Source of the DNA: Thermoanaerobaculia bacterium
Lineage (GTDB): Bacteria; Acidobacteriota; Thermoanaerobaculia; Gp7-AA8
Direction of reading: 5' to 3'
Assembly (NCBI GenBank): GCA_036009605.1
Contig: DASYLL010000251.1
Coordinates: 1-59,364 of the forward strand
Length of the DNA stretch: 59,364 nt
The position numbers and the translations under genes were made by a program. The notes beneath the pieces are model-generated. The model saw only the letters and a program-made list of their open reading frames with translations, was not told the DNA's origin and searched no databases. Positions within the stretch are counted from its first letter, which is position 1; the number at the start of each line of letters is the position of its first letter. Of the stretch, positions 8,370-18,934 are shown one piece after another.

Positions 8370-10481
8370 GTGGAAACGCGTAGCCGTGCTGCCTCCGGAG
8401 ACAAACCGCTCTTGAAACTGGGGCGCTACGAAGTCGTGCGCGAGCTTGGCAAGGGGGCGATGGGCATCGTCTACCTGGCCAAGGATCCGTTGATCGGACG
8501 CCTCGTCGCCCTCAAAACCATCCGCCTCGGCATTCACGCCGACGACGACGAAACGAAAGAGTTTCAGCAGCGCTTCATCCGCGAAGCCCAGGCGGCCGGC
8601 ATCCTCAACCATCCCGCGATCGTCACCGTTCACGACATCGGCCGCGATGAAGAGACCGACACGTCGTTCATCGCGATGGAGTTCGTCGAAGGACAGAACC
8701 TCAAAGAAGTGCTGACGCAGGGACGCGCGATCTCGTTCGAACAGATCGCGGACATCGTTGCCCAGGTCGCCGAAGCGCTCGACTTCGCGCACCAGAAGGG
8801 CATCGTCCATCGCGACGTGAAGCCCGCGAACATCATCCTCATCGAAGGCAACCGCGCGAAGATCACCGACTTCGGCATCGCCAAGATCGCATCGAGCGTC
8901 GGCAACCTCACCAGCACCGGCCAGTTTCTCGGCACGCCGAACTACATGGCGCCCGAGCAGATCAAAGGCGCCCCCGTCGACGGCCGCACCGACATCTTCG
9001 CCCTCGGCATCTGCCTCTATGAATGCCTGACGCGCCGCAAGCCGTTCGGCGGCGACTCGCTGACGTCGATCTCGTACAAGATCGTCCACGAGCCGTTCCC
9101 TCCGCTCTACGAGATCAATCCGCAGATCCCCGACGGCTATGAAGAAGTCGTCGCCACCTGCCTCGCGAAAGATCCGGCGAAGCGCTATCAACGTGCGCGC
9201 GATCTCGCTGCTGCGCTGCGTGCGGTGCTGCGCGGCGAACGGCCGACGCGTCCGATCGATCCGATGCTCGCCGAAGAAACGATGGTGACGCGCGCATCCT
9301 CCACCGACCATGGGCATGGGACGCGGATGAACGCGCCGATGCCGACGATCGAAGTGCCGTTCCCCGAAGCGGTCGAGCCGCCTCCGGACATCGGCGGCCG
9401 GACGTTTCCACACGCATCGACGCATTCCGGCACGAAAGCGCCGCACTCCTCCTCGACGACGTCGAAGAAACCAGCGCCGCCACCAGTGCGGATACCCGTG
9501 TCGAAGCAGTTGCGCACCACGCTCACGAACGTGCGCACGCTTCCGCTGTGGCGTCGCCGCATCGCGCCGCCGTTGTTCATCGGCGTGGTCGTGCTGCTCG
9601 TCGCGGCGGTATTCGGAATCGTGCTGATGACGCGCAGCGTCGACGCGCAACCGTGGCCGGAGACGAAGCTCGATCCGCGTCTCGTGCACGAAAAACAGCT
9701 GCGCCGCGATGCGAACGCGTTCCTCGTCGCGCAGCGCCTGCAGGACGCATATGCAAAGTTCGACGAGCTGCGTCGCGTCGCGCCGAAGTCGCCGTACGCG
9801 CGCAGGATGACGACGCATCTCAATGCGATCCGTCAGCAGAACGAGGCCAGCAAGCAACAGCTCGCGCAGGCGGAGACGAAGTTCCTCGAAGGGATGAAGC
9901 TCTACGACGAGAAAAGATTCGTCGACGCGCTGAAGCTCTTCAACGAGGCGCTCGCGATCAATCCCAACGACACGAATACCGCCGAGTACATCAGGCTCGC
10001 GCAGCAGCAGGAAGAGCAGCGTCAGGCTTCGCGCGCAGCGCGTCGCGCGCAGCAGCAACAGACGACCACGATCGCGACGACGGCAACCGCGCGCGATACG
10101 AGTGGCACGCCCGGCACTTCGACGCAGACCAGCATTGCTCCGTCGTCGAAAACGACGGAGCTCACGACCGTGTTCACGCATCCATTCCTCGACGGACGCA
10201 TCGTGGTTCGCGCCGGCGGGGACGTCGTCGCGAACGAGAACCTGTTCGTCGAGAAGCCGGCGCGTCTGTTCCGGCGTGCATCGAGAACGCCGCGCCCGAT
10301 CAGCGTGACGAATCAGTTCCCGGCGAAGAACGCCGACTTGAACATCTCGGTGTCGGTGCCTACGCTGAAGATTCAGGAGCAGCACGTCATCCCGGCCGTG
10401 CGCTTCGAGGCCGGCGAACATCACCGGCTCACCGTGCGCTACGACGCCGCCACGAAGAAATTCACCTACGAGATCCATTGA
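8370..10481 (+). CDS. Ser/Thr protein kinase with TM segment and TPR-like C-terminal region
   Basis: [26 protein letters not shown] and GTPNYMAPE motifs. TM segment [21 protein letters not shown]. The GTG 8370 start was chosen because it lies after the palindrome, so it is uncertain. Confidence 0.85.
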   Translation: METRSRAASGDKPLLKLGRYEVVRELGKGAMGIVYLAKDPLIGRLVALKTIRLGIHADDDETKEFQQRFIREAQAAGILNHPAIVTVHDIGRDEETDTSFIAMEFVEGQNLKEVLTQGRAISFEQIADIVAQVAEALDFAHQKGIVHRDVKPANIILIEGNRAKITDFGIAKIASSVGNLTSTGQFLGTPNYMAPEQIKGAPVDGRTDIFALGICLYECLTRRKPFGGDSLTSISYKIVHEPFPPLYEINPQIPDGYEEVVATCLAKDPAKRYQRARDLAAALRAVLRGERPTRPIDPMLAEETMVTRASSTDHGHGTRMNAPMPTIEVPFPEAVEPPPDIGGRTFPHASTHSGTKAPHSSSTTSKKPAPPPVRIPVSKQLRTTLTNVRTLPLWRRRIAPPLFIGVVVLLVAAVFGIVLMTRSVDAQPWPETKLDPRLVHEKQLRRDANAFLVAQRLQDAYAKFDELRRVAPKSPYARRMTTHLNAIRQQNEASKQQLAQAETKFLEGMKLYDEKRFVDALKLFNEALAINPNDTNTAEYIRLAQQQEEQRQASRAARRAQQQQTTTIATTATARDTSGTPGTSTQTSIAPSSKTTELTTVFTHPFLDGRIVVRAGGDVVANENLFVEKPARLFRRASRTPRPISVTNQFPAKNADLNISVSVPTLKIQEQHVIPAVRFEAGEHHRLTVRYDAATKKFTYEIH

Positions 10482-11314
10482 GATTCTCCGTAGCCACGCG
10501 CGACGAGCTCTGGATCAACGGCCGCGTCTTCGAGCGTCGTCTCGCGCACGGCGAAGCCGTTCACGATGAGCGCGGCATTCACGCAAACGACGCGGCGGAT
10601 CCCGCACTCATCGCTGCATGCGATGCAGCGATCGATGAGTTGCGCGCTTTCATCGCACCCGACGCGCGCACGCGTCTCGTTGCGGAAGCGAACAGCGCGG
10701 AAGGCGTGACGAAGACGATCGTCGTTGCGATCGGCAATCGCTCCGTCGTCACGACGCCCGATCACTTTGCGGATGACGTCGCGTTGCTGCGCAGCGTTGT
10801 CGAAGGCGATGCGAAGCCTCGCAATCTTCCGTTTCTCTGGAAGCACGGAACCGCCGCGGTGCTGCTGCACGAAGCGGTCGGACATCCGCTCGAGCACGAG
10901 CAACCGCCGGTCGAATTGCCGCCGTGGCTCACCATTGATGTGCCGCTCACATTGCGTCGCGCATCATTCAAAGACGTTCCGCTGCTGCGCATGACGAATG
11001 TGATTGCACGACAACACGACGCACCGTTCACGATGCCGACGGAGCGCATCGAGATCGTGCTCGTCGACGGCGGTGCGTACGATCCGTTGACGGAGCTGGT
11101 CACGTTGCGCATCGCTGCTGCGCATCTCGTGGAAGGCGAGAACGTGCGCGCGCTCGCACCATTCGCGATTCGACAAACGCGACAGGCGATCGTGCGAGCG
11201 ATCGTCGGTGCGAGCGGAGAACCGCTGCGCTATCCCGGCGTGATCTGCTCGCGCGAAGGACAGGAGCTCGTCGTCGGCTCGCACGCGCCGTTGATGCTCA
11301 TGGAGCTTCGATGA
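10478..11314 (+). CDS. short TldD-like metallopeptidase-family protein
   Basis: LLHEAVGHPLEHE matches the TldD HExxxH signature. Putative TTG start overlaps the kinase stop. At ~278 aa it is much shorter than canonical TldD. Confidence 0.5.
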   Translation: MRFSVATRDELWINGRVFERRLAHGEAVHDERGIHANDAADPALIAACDAAIDELRAFIAPDARTRLVAEANSAEGVTKTIVVAIGNRSVVTTPDHFADDVALLRSVVEGDAKPRNLPFLWKHGTAAVLLHEAVGHPLEHEQPPVELPPWLTIDVPLTLRRASFKDVPLLRMTNVIARQHDAPFTMPTERIEIVLVDGGAYDPLTELVTLRIAAAHLVEGENVRALAPFAIRQTRQAIVRAIVGASGEPLRYPGVICSREGQELVVGSHAPLMLMELR

Positions 11315-12135
11315 TCTACCGCAAGCGAGGCAGCGTCGCGCGATGGGAGAACGGAACACTCGTGCGCGTCTCCGAAAGCGGCGTTGCACTCGAGCGCGGT
11401 GAGCTCTTCGAATGTCATCCCGAAACGATCGGCGACGTTCCGCACGTCGATGAATCACGCGTGCTCGAAGCCGCGCGTGTAGTGCAGGAAGCCGCGGGTG
11501 ACGTTGCGATTGAGCGATTGATTCTCATCGATGGGATTGCTCTTCATGAGTATCGCGATGAAGGGTTCTCGTCCTGGACCGAGCACACACAACGCATGCA
11601 TCTCTCCCTGACGCGCGGCCACACGCGCGCGCTTCTCGATCTCGCCTCCTTCGATCCTGCCGAGGTCTCTCGCATCGCCGCGATTCTCGCGCGCGCTGAA
11701 GATCGCGAACGCGAAGCGCCGCCGCGATTGCGACTCGCACCGAATGTCACCGCCGCACTTTTGCCATCGCTCGTGGGCATCGCGCCGCCGAACGTGCGTC
11801 TCGTGCAGACCGCGGGCGGCGTCGATGGCTACGGCGCACCCATCATCGAAGCAACCGGCCCATGGCCGAACGCCTATCGCCCGAGCTACCGCATGCGTCC
11901 GATTCGCATGCCGCTGAACCTGCGCATCGAATGCGACGTCACGGAGATCGAGCGCGATCGCCCCGTTGCGGTCGCGTTGCTCGCGCCTGCCTCGACCGTG
12001 TTGCGCGTCCTCATTGATGATGGCGAACGCGCCTATCCCTCCACCGTTCGCGTGACGCGCATCGACGCCGTCTCCGCGCCCACGACCTGGTATCCGTATG
12101 CAGGCGGTTCCTTCGGCGCTGAGATGATGCTTTAA
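11311..12135 (+). CDS. hypothetical protein, possible PmbA/TldE-like partner
   Basis: ATGA overlap with the upstream TldD-like gene. No metal motif. The call rests on context only. Confidence 0.35.
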   Translation: MIYRKRGSVARWENGTLVRVSESGVALERGELFECHPETIGDVPHVDESRVLEAARVVQEAAGDVAIERLILIDGIALHEYRDEGFSSWTEHTQRMHLSLTRGHTRALLDLASFDPAEVSRIAAILARAEDREREAPPRLRLAPNVTAALLPSLVGIAPPNVRLVQTAGGVDGYGAPIIEATGPWPNAYRPSYRMRPIRMPLNLRIECDVTEIERDRPVAVALLAPASTVLRVLIDDGERAYPSTVRVTRIDAVSAPTTWYPYAGGSFGAEMML

Positions 12136-12145
12136 TGCCGCGCCT

Positions 12146-12397
12146 GTGAGTGCCACCGGCAGACGAGTCGAATTTCTTGCGCGCGCAATCGTGAATCGCC
12201 TCGAAGACCGCGGTCTCGTCGAGTTCGTCGACGCAGAAGCGGGCATCCTCGTCGTCACGAAAGCGATCGAAGAAAACTTCGGCGCGATCGACTTGCTCGA
12301 GCGCGAAGCCCGTCAAAGACTCGGCGACCGCGCCACCGAAGCGCAGGTCGACGCCGAGATGGCGCGTCTGGCGTTGGAGAGGAACATCATTTTGTAA
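12146..12397 (+). CDS. small hypothetical protein (possibly DUF507-like)
   Basis: 83-aa helical ORF with a GTG start. The family name is tentative. Confidence 0.4.
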   Translation: MSATGRRVEFLARAIVNRLEDRGLVEFVDAEAGILVVTKAIEENFGAIDLLEREARQRLGDRATEAQVDAEMARLALERNIIL

Positions 12398-12401
12398 GGA
12401 C

Positions 12402-12480
12402 GTTGTCGGTTGTTGGTTTTCGGTTGTCTGCACCTTTCGGCAATGCACCGCAGACAACCGACAACTGACAACCGACAACG
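12402..12480. repeat. intergenic hairpin built from GTTGTCG / CGACAAC heptamers
   Basis: cgttgtcggttgttggttttcggttgtctgc pairs with gcagacaaccgacaactgacaaccgacaacg (31 bp, 3 mismatches). Starts 5 nt after a stop codon. Confidence 0.85.
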
Positions 12481-12492
12481 ATCGCAGATCCT

Positions 12493-14019
12493 ATGTCCTA
12501 CGAGAAAAACGTCGAAGAGCTGGAGCGCCGCAAACAACAGAGCGAGCTCGGTGGCGGACAAGCCCGCATCGATCGCCAGCACAACGACGGCAAGCTGACC
12601 GCGCGCGAACGTGTTGCGCTCCTCTTCGATCCGGGCTCGTTCCAGGAGCTCGATCAACTGGTCATGCATCGCTCCACCGACTTCGGGATGGAGAAGCAGC
12701 GCGTGCCGGGCGACGGTGTCGTCACCGGCTACGGCACCGTGCAGGGCCGCCTCGTCTATTCATTCGCGCAGGACTTCACCGTCTTTGGCGGATCGCTCTC
12801 CGAAACGCACGCCGCGAAGATCGTGAAGATCATGGATCTGGCGATGAAGAACGGCGCGCCGGTCGTCGGCCTCAACGACTCCGGGGGCGCCCGCATTCAG
12901 GAAGGCGTCGTCTCCCTCGGCGGCTACGCGGACATCTTTCTGCGCAACACGCTCGCATCGGGCGTCGTGCCGCAGATCTCCGCGATCATGGGACCGTGCG
13001 CGGGTGGCGCTGTGTATTCGCCGGCGATCACCGACTTCATTCTCATGGTGAAGAAGACGAGCTACATGTTCGTCACCGGTCCCGATGTCATCAAGACCGT
13101 CACGCATGAAGAAGTGACGAAAGAAGCACTCGGCGGCGCCGAAACGCACAATCAGGTTTCCGGTGTCGCGCACTTCGCGACCGAATCGGATGAAGACTGC
13201 ATCGCGCTGATTCGCGAGCTGCTGTCGTTCATGCCGTCGAACAATCTCGAAGAGCCGCCGCGCGTCGCAACGACCGATGACGTCAATCGCGTCGACGTCG
13301 ATCTCGATACGTTCGTTCCCGCGAATCCGAATCAGCCGTACGAAATGCGCGAGCTGATCAAGACCATCGCGGACGAAGGTCACTTTCTCGAAGTGCATCA
13401 GCACTACGCGCGCAATCTCGTCGTCGGCTTCGTTCGTCTCAACGGACAGTCGATCGGCGTCGTCGCCAATCAGCCCGCGTTTCTCGCGGGCGTGCTCGAC
13501 ATCGATGCATCGCGCAAAGGCGCGCGCTTCGTGCGCTTCTGCGATGCGTTCAACATCCCGCTGCTTGTGCTCGAAGACGTTCCCGGATTCCTGCCGGGGA
13601 CGGGACAGGAGTACGGCGGCATCATCATTCATGGTGCGAAGCTGCTGTATGCGCTTGCCGAAGCAACCGTACCGAAAGTCACGGTGATCACGCGCAAGGC
13701 TTACGGCGGTGCGTACTGCGTGATGAACTCGAAGCACATTCGCGCGGACATGAACTTCGCGTATCCCACCGCGGAGATCGCGGTGATGGGTGCGGAAGGC
13801 GCGGTCAATATTCTTTATCGCGGCTCGGATGACCGCGAAGCGCGCGTTGCCGAGTACAAAGAAAAGTTCGCCAACCCCTACATCGCCGCCGAGCGTGGCT
13901 ACATCGACGAGATCATCGAGCCACGCTTCACGCGCCGGAAGCTGATCACGACGTTCGCCATGCTCCGGAACAAGCGCGACCGCAATCCACCCAAGAAACA
14001 CGGGAACATTCCGCTGTAA
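12493..14019 (+). CDS. pccB: acyl-CoA carboxylase carboxyltransferase subunit (propionyl-CoA carboxylase beta / methylmalonyl-CoA carboxyltransferase type)
   Basis: Typical N-terminus ([29 protein letters not shown]), [10 protein letters not shown], and full two-domain length of 508 aa. Confidence 0.9.
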   Translation: MSYEKNVEELERRKQQSELGGGQARIDRQHNDGKLTARERVALLFDPGSFQELDQLVMHRSTDFGMEKQRVPGDGVVTGYGTVQGRLVYSFAQDFTVFGGSLSETHAAKIVKIMDLAMKNGAPVVGLNDSGGARIQEGVVSLGGYADIFLRNTLASGVVPQISAIMGPCAGGAVYSPAITDFILMVKKTSYMFVTGPDVIKTVTHEEVTKEALGGAETHNQVSGVAHFATESDEDCIALIRELLSFMPSNNLEEPPRVATTDDVNRVDVDLDTFVPANPNQPYEMRELIKTIADEGHFLEVHQHYARNLVVGFVRLNGQSIGVVANQPAFLAGVLDIDASRKGARFVRFCDAFNIPLLVLEDVPGFLPGTGQEYGGIIIHGAKLLYALAEATVPKVTVITRKAYGGAYCVMNSKHIRADMNFAYPTAEIAVMGAEGAVNILYRGSDDREARVAEYKEKFANPYIAAERGYIDEIIEPRFTRRKLITTFAMLRNKRDRNPPKKHGNIPL

Positions 14020-14111
14020 ATTGCGCGTGCTTTAAATGTAACAACGACTGTAACAACAGGCGTTCACTCCACAAATCCGAAACCAATCATTCAACGCACC
14101 GGATTGCTTCG

Positions 14112-14129
14112 GTGTTCGATATCGAACAC
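14112..14129. promoter_or_regulatory. perfect 18-bp palindrome (operator or terminator stem)
   Basis: gtgttcgatatcgaacac is its own reverse complement. It is followed by tgcttttgtttt and lies between pccB and the TonB receptor. Confidence 0.4.
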
Positions 14130-14327
14130 TGCTTTTGTTTTCAACGACTTACGAGCTGAGTTGGCTTGGCAGACGCGTTGCGGATAATGGCGGAAACAGA
14201 CTAGTCGGGAACGAAGGAGTGAGTTCGTCAGGAGTTTTCCAAAAGTTGATTTTCTGAAACGTTGTGTTACGGTTCCGCCCACTCGGTCTCAGTGGACGCG
14301 GTCGTCCACCCCACGAAAGGAGCAGGC

Positions 14328-17300
14328 ATGAAGAGGCTTTTGGTAGTACTTTTTTGCGTCCTCATCGCGTCCACGGGCGCATTGATGGCTGCGGTAACTA
14401 CAGGAACGATCCAGGTGATCGTGACTGATCCCTCCGGCACCGCGCTGCCGGGCGTCACGGTCACGGCAGCAGCCGCTGACAGCACCACGCGTCGTACAGA
14501 GGTCACGAACGAGCAGGGCATGGCCTCTCTCGTGGCACTCGATCCGTCGCGCCAGTACGTCGTCGACGCGTCGCTCGAAGGCTTCGGCAAGACGCAGACC
14601 AAGAACGTCGGCGTCAGTTCGTCGCAGACCGCCACGGTCCGCATCAACCTGTCGATGGCTTCGGTGAGCGAGTCCATCACGGTCACCGCGGATGCGCCGA
14701 TCGTCGATACGACCAGCGCCGCGACCGGCCAGGAGATCACGCTCGAGCTGACGGAGTCGCTGCCGACCGGCCGCTCCTACCAGAGCTATCTGCAGCTCGT
14801 CCCGGGCGTCATGCCGACCAACCCCGGCGCTGCCCTCGGCGATAACCCCGCCGTCCGCTCCGGCGTGAACTACTCGGACATCGGCGGCGACCTCGGTACG
14901 TCGACCGACAACTTCTACTACGTGGAAGGCATCAACGTCACCGACCCGGTCGACGGCACCTTCGGCGCGAACCTCAACACTGAGATCATCCAGGAGCAGA
15001 AGGTTCTCACCGGCGGTATCCCCGCGGAGTTCGCGGGCGCGCCCGGCCTGCTGTCCTCGGTCGTCACCAAAGCCGGCAGCAACAACTTCTCCGGCTCGGT
15101 GAACTACTACACGCAGAACGACTCGCTCGTTGCCGACAACCAGAACACCCCGAACGCCGGCTTCTCCACGTATGACACCGCCTTCACCTTCGGCGGCCCG
15201 ATCATCCGCGACAAGGCCTGGTTCTTCGGCAGCTACCGCATCATCTATCGCGAAGACGACGTCGTTCCGGTCGGTTCTTCGACGATCCTCCGCAACGTCA
15301 CCAACGAGAGCGAGCAGGCGTTCGCCAAGGTGTCGTGGCAGTTCACCAGCAAGGATCGTATCTCCGGTACGTACACCGACGATCCGACCGAAATCTCCGG
15401 TCAGCGCGACAACTCGCTCTTCAACTCGCGCGACTTCTCGCAGGAGACGGGCGGCAGCCGCTTCACCGTCGACTACAACCGCGTGTTCAACCAGAACCTG
15501 CTGCTCGATGGCTCCATCGGCAAGCACAATGGTGAGACCTCGCGCATCGCCGCCATCCAGGAGATCCGCAACGACATCGTTTTCGTCGGCTCGGATACGC
15601 ACCCGCTCTCCGCTGAGCAGCTCGGCGGCGAAGGCAACATCAACCTCAACGAGCGCGACACCGACTTCTGGCGCGGTTCCGTCGAAGGCATCTTCGACAC
15701 GAACTTCGGCAGCCACACCACCAAGTTCGGTATCGAGTCCGAGAAGCACATCAACTTCCGCAACAGCAACTTCGTGGGCGGCACGCAGTACACCTCCCTC
15801 GACTCGCGCTATGCCGGCAACAACTTCAATGCGGGCGACCTCGTCCGTACGAACAACCCCTTCACGGCCATCCGTTTCGACGTCAGCAATGGCAGCGACA
15901 CCGACGGCCTGCTGAACACGATCAACGCCAGTGCGAGCAAGGCCGCGTTCTACGCGCTGCTCGACCTCGATCACAACGGCACGATCACGACCGAAGAGCT
16001 CCAGACTGCGCTGGTCTTCAACAAGACCGTCGGCAATCCGAACGGCTCGGTGAACTACTACCGCCAGATCCAGACTGCCGAAGGTCCGCAGGAAACGCAG
16101 ACCGAAGGCCTGACCTGGTACCTGCAGGACACCATCCAGTACGGCAAGTTCGCCCTCAATCTCGGCGTTCGCGCCGAGCGCTGGGAGCACCTGGCCACCA
16201 CCGGCGAGAACATCTATACGTTCGACTGGACGTATGCGCCGCGCCTCAGCCTCGTGTATGACATCCTCGGCAACGGCCGCCAGAAGGTCTCGGCCTACTA
16301 CGGCAAGTACTACGATCCGATCCGTCTGAACATGACCAACTTCGCCGGTACCCTCACCGGCCGTGTTCTCGACGAGCAGGTATGGGTCGGCGACCAGTGG
16401 GTGACGTACCGTACCCGCGGCGGCGCCGTCGTTCAGGACGCCTTCTTCTCGCCCACCACCAAGACCCCGTACACCGATGAAATGCAGCTCGGCTACCAGA
16501 TCGACCTCGGCAACAACATGAGCTTCGAGGCGATCGGCGTTCGCCGTCAGACCCGCGACATCCTCGAGGACTATGACCTCGGCGTCTTCGCGGACGACGC
16601 GCACTGCCTCTCCACCGATCCGGCAGTCTTCGCGGATTGCGGCTTCAAGGAAGGCTTCGAGCCCGGCAACCCGAACGCGGCCGGCTCGCTCTACCTCGGC
16701 CTCGACTACTTCGGCTACACCACGAACCCGGGCTCGAACTTCGTCATCGGCACCCTCGCCGGCGGCAAGCGCGACTACCAGGGTCTCGACCTGATCTTCC
16801 GCAAACGCTTCGCCGACAACTGGCAGGCGCTCGCTTCCTACACGTGGGGCGATTCCAAGGGCAACACGAACTCCGACTCGAACGCTGACTTCCAGGGTGA
16901 CGTTCTCTGGCTCGACCCGCGCGCGCCGAATCAGTACGGCCGCCAGCCGGGCAGCATCGAGCACCTCTTCAAGGTTGCGACGTCCTACCGCCTGTTCAGC
17001 CGTCTCGAGCTCGGTGGCGTCTTCAACTGGAACTCCGGCACGTACGCGAGCCGCACGTTCCGCTCCTCGCGTCGTAACCTTCCGCTCCGCGTTTCGACCG
17101 GTGATGCCTATGTGTTCAACGGCGTGAAAGCGCGCTGGATCCCGGACGACACCGTCGGCTCGCTCAAGAACCCGGCGTACGGTACGGTCGACCTCCGCGC
17201 TCAGTGGAACCAGCCGCTGCCGCGCAACACCTCGCTCGAGCTGTTCCTCGACATCTTCAACGCCCTCGACGATCAGGCCGCGATTCGCGAGCAGGATCTC

Positions 17301-17393
17301 GTCGCCGGTGAAGGTACGGGTCGTCAGTTCGGCGATGCCCTCATCTGGGCTGCGCCGCGCCGCTTCTACCTGGGCGCACGCTTCCTGTTCTAG
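14328..17393 (+). CDS. TonB-dependent outer-membrane receptor with N-terminal carboxypeptidase-regulatory-like domain
   Basis: AAAGGAG RBS then MKRLLVVLFCVLIAS signal. IQVIVTDPSGTALPGVTVT matches a CarbopepD_reg fold. Beta-barrel-like body ending in ..GARFLF. Confidence 0.85.
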   Translation: MKRLLVVLFCVLIASTGALMAAVTTGTIQVIVTDPSGTALPGVTVTAAAADSTTRRTEVTNEQGMASLVALDPSRQYVVDASLEGFGKTQTKNVGVSSSQTATVRINLSMASVSESITVTADAPIVDTTSAATGQEITLELTESLPTGRSYQSYLQLVPGVMPTNPGAALGDNPAVRSGVNYSDIGGDLGTSTDNFYYVEGINVTDPVDGTFGANLNTEIIQEQKVLTGGIPAEFAGAPGLLSSVVTKAGSNNFSGSVNYYTQNDSLVADNQNTPNAGFSTYDTAFTFGGPIIRDKAWFFGSYRIIYREDDVVPVGSSTILRNVTNESEQAFAKVSWQFTSKDRISGTYTDDPTEISGQRDNSLFNSRDFSQETGGSRFTVDYNRVFNQNLLLDGSIGKHNGETSRIAAIQEIRNDIVFVGSDTHPLSAEQLGGEGNINLNERDTDFWRGSVEGIFDTNFGSHTTKFGIESEKHINFRNSNFVGGTQYTSLDSRYAGNNFNAGDLVRTNNPFTAIRFDVSNGSDTDGLLNTINASASKAAFYALLDLDHNGTITTEELQTALVFNKTVGNPNGSVNYYRQIQTAEGPQETQTEGLTWYLQDTIQYGKFALNLGVRAERWEHLATTGENIYTFDWTYAPRLSLVYDILGNGRQKVSAYYGKYYDPIRLNMTNFAGTLTGRVLDEQVWVGDQWVTYRTRGGAVVQDAFFSPTTKTPYTDEMQLGYQIDLGNNMSFEAIGVRRQTRDILEDYDLGVFADDAHCLSTDPAVFADCGFKEGFEPGNPNAAGSLYLGLDYFGYTTNPGSNFVIGTLAGGKRDYQGLDLIFRKRFADNWQALASYTWGDSKGNTNSDSNADFQGDVLWLDPRAPNQYGRQPGSIEHLFKVATSYRLFSRLELGGVFNWNSGTYASRTFRSSRRNLPLRVSTGDAYVFNGVKARWIPDDTVGSLKNPAYGTVDLRAQWNQPLPRNTSLELFLDIFNALDDQAAIREQDLVAGEGTGRQFGDALIWAAPRRFYLGARFLF

Positions 17394-17416
17394 TTCTCAG
17401 TCTCATCGGTTGTAAT

Positions 17417-17449
17417 GACGAGGGCGCCGTTTCGGCGCCCTCGTTTTTT
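17417..17449 (+). terminator. rho-independent terminator
   Basis: acgagggcgcc-gtttc-ggcgccctcgt followed by ttttttt. Confidence 0.8.
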
Positions 17450-17462
17450 TATGCGAAACGTC

Positions 17463-18023
17463 TCAGCAGGTGTGGAAGTGCACTTCCTTGATGCGGAAGA
17501 TCGTTCCGAACGGATACTGCGCGGGGCGATAGCGGATGCGCAGCGTGACCGTCTGTCCGCCATAGCCGCTCGTGTTCCAGATGTAGTAGTCGGAGCCTGA
17601 GACCGGACTGACGACGCCGAGCGTCTCGGTACCCGAGCTCGACAGGATCTCGGCCCGAAGTCTCTCGGTCCCGTATTGAGGGTCGATCACATCGACGTCG
17701 ATATGGAAGGCAATCGTGGTCTTGTTCGACGGGACGGTCAGCGTTTGCTGGATATACGCGGACATTTCCGGATCAGGATCGGGGTCCGTGGCGTAGAGCT
17801 CCCAGTAGTAGTCGCTGCCGCTGTTCAGGAGAGCTGCCTCTCCGCCCGCGTCCCAATCGGAGCACAGATCATCGAACGTGGCGTCCGAGATCTGATCGAG
17901 GCAACTGCAGGTGGGTTGCTGAACACAAGTTCCCTGCGTACAGGAGGCGTAGGCGGGCGACGACCCCGGCAGGACTGCGATGAGAACGATGGCGAGGAAC
18001 TTCGCGGTCATTGAATTTTTCAT
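17463..18023 (-). CDS. secreted Cys-containing hypothetical protein
   Basis: ATG 18023 gives MKNSMTAKFLAIVLIAVLPGSSPAYA signal, then CTQGTCVQQPTCSC. The ORF extension to 18530 overlaps rplU and was discarded. Confidence 0.5.
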   Translation of the reverse strand: MKNSMTAKFLAIVLIAVLPGSSPAYASCTQGTCVQQPTCSCLDQISDATFDDLCSDWDAGGEAALLNSGSDYYWELYATDPDPDPEMSAYIQQTLTVPSNKTTIAFHIDVDVIDPQYGTERLRAEILSSSGTETLGVVSPVSGSDYYIWNTSGYGGQTVTLRIRYRPAQYPFGTIFRIKEVHFHTC

Positions 18024-18257
18024 ATACGTCCATCCTTTAACTGGCAGCGTATGGGGTGGGTTGCCCCCGGCGATAGACATTCCTTGATTCGACATACGGA
18101 GCCGCTCCAGCGGAATAGGTCCCGCCGGGTCCGCGTTGTCTGCCGAGCGCCCTGAGGAGTATTTCTGCTCGGGGACTCTGCGCGCTGCGATCTCAGGTGT
18201 TTGACTGCCGATCGTCCTGTGTGCTAAATCGTGCGGTTCCAATTTGTTGGAGGCTTT

Positions 18258-18575
18258 GTGTACGCCATCATTCAGTCGGGTGGAAAGCAGTATCGCGTGG
18301 CCGCGGGCGATCGCCTGAAGGTCGAGCGTGACGTTCTCGGCGGCGCCGAGGATTCGAAAGTCACGTTCAATAAGGTTCTGATGATCGGCGGAGACCAGCC
18401 GCAAGTCGGACTTCCTACGGTTCAGGGTGCTTCGGTCGCAGCCACGATCATCAGCGAGCTGCGTGGCGAGAAGATCATCGTCTTCAAGAAGAAGCGCCGG
18501 AAGAATCACACCAAGCGGATGCACGGACATCGTCAGGACGTTGTCGAGCTCCGTATCGACAGCATCAACATCTAG
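18258..18575 (+). CDS. rplU: 50S ribosomal protein L21
   Basis: GGAGG plus a GTG start. YAIIQSGGKQYRV is the canonical L21 N-terminus. Confidence 0.9.
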   Translation: MYAIIQSGGKQYRVAAGDRLKVERDVLGGAEDSKVTFNKVLMIGGDQPQVGLPTVQGASVAATIISELRGEKIIVFKKKRRKNHTKRMHGHRQDVVELRIDSINI

Positions 18576-18584
18576 AGGTCAACC

Positions 18585-18842
18585 ATGGCTCATAAAAAAG
18601 GACAGGGCTCCTCACGCAACGGTCGCGACTCACAGCCGAAAATGCTCGGCGTGAAGCGCTTCGCCGGCCAGTTCGTCAGCGGTGGAACGATTCTCGTTCG
18701 TCAGCGCGGCACGAAGTTCCAGCCCGGCATCAACGTCGGCCTCGGCCGCGATCACACGCTCTTCGCCAAGATCGAAGGCATCGTGCAGTTCCATGACAAG
18801 GGCGAGCGCGGACGCTTCATCAGCGTAACGCCGGCCGAGTAA
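18585..18842 (+). CDS. rpmA: 50S ribosomal protein L27
   Basis: [16 protein letters not shown].. is the canonical L27 sequence. Confidence 0.95.
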   Translation: MAHKKGQGSSRNGRDSQPKMLGVKRFAGQFVSGGTILVRQRGTKFQPGINVGLGRDHTLFAKIEGIVQFHDKGERGRFISVTPAE

Positions 18843-18867
18843 ACCATCCGCGGTCGGTTGTTCCCGA

Positions 18868-18899
18868 AAGCACCGCTGATGCGGTGCTTTTCGTTTTTT
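18868..18899 (+). terminator. rho-independent terminator-like hairpin
   Basis: aaagcaccgc-tgat-gcggtgcttt followed by tcgtttttt. Confidence 0.65.
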
Positions 18900-18934
18900 G
18901 GCACTGAACCCGTATTGAGAGAAGAAGACAAACC

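Noticed and set aside
8241-10478. 745-aa minus-strand ORF
   Set aside because: It is an exact antisense shadow of the Ser/Thr kinase gene, which has unambiguous kinase motifs.
9548-11314. 588-aa ORF
   Set aside because: The upstream 310 codons are an off-frame read of the kinase gene. Only the TldD-like part after 10478 was kept.
14130-14327. Cobalamin or other riboswitch upstream of the TonB receptor
   Set aside because: I could not find a B12 box (GCCACTG-type) or another riboswitch core by eye. An Infernal scan would be needed to claim it.
14289-16964. 891-aa minus-strand ORF (also 12760..14001, 6374..7561, 46409..47803, 49187..50047, 53098..53928)
   Set aside because: All are antisense or off-frame shadows of genes with clear family signatures (TonB receptor, carboxyltransferase, EF-G, ParB, ATPase, serine recombinase).
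17463-18530. 355-aa minus-strand ORF
   Set aside because: The upstream part overlaps rplU on the opposite strand. Only the signal-peptide-bearing 186-aa part from ATG 18023 was kept.
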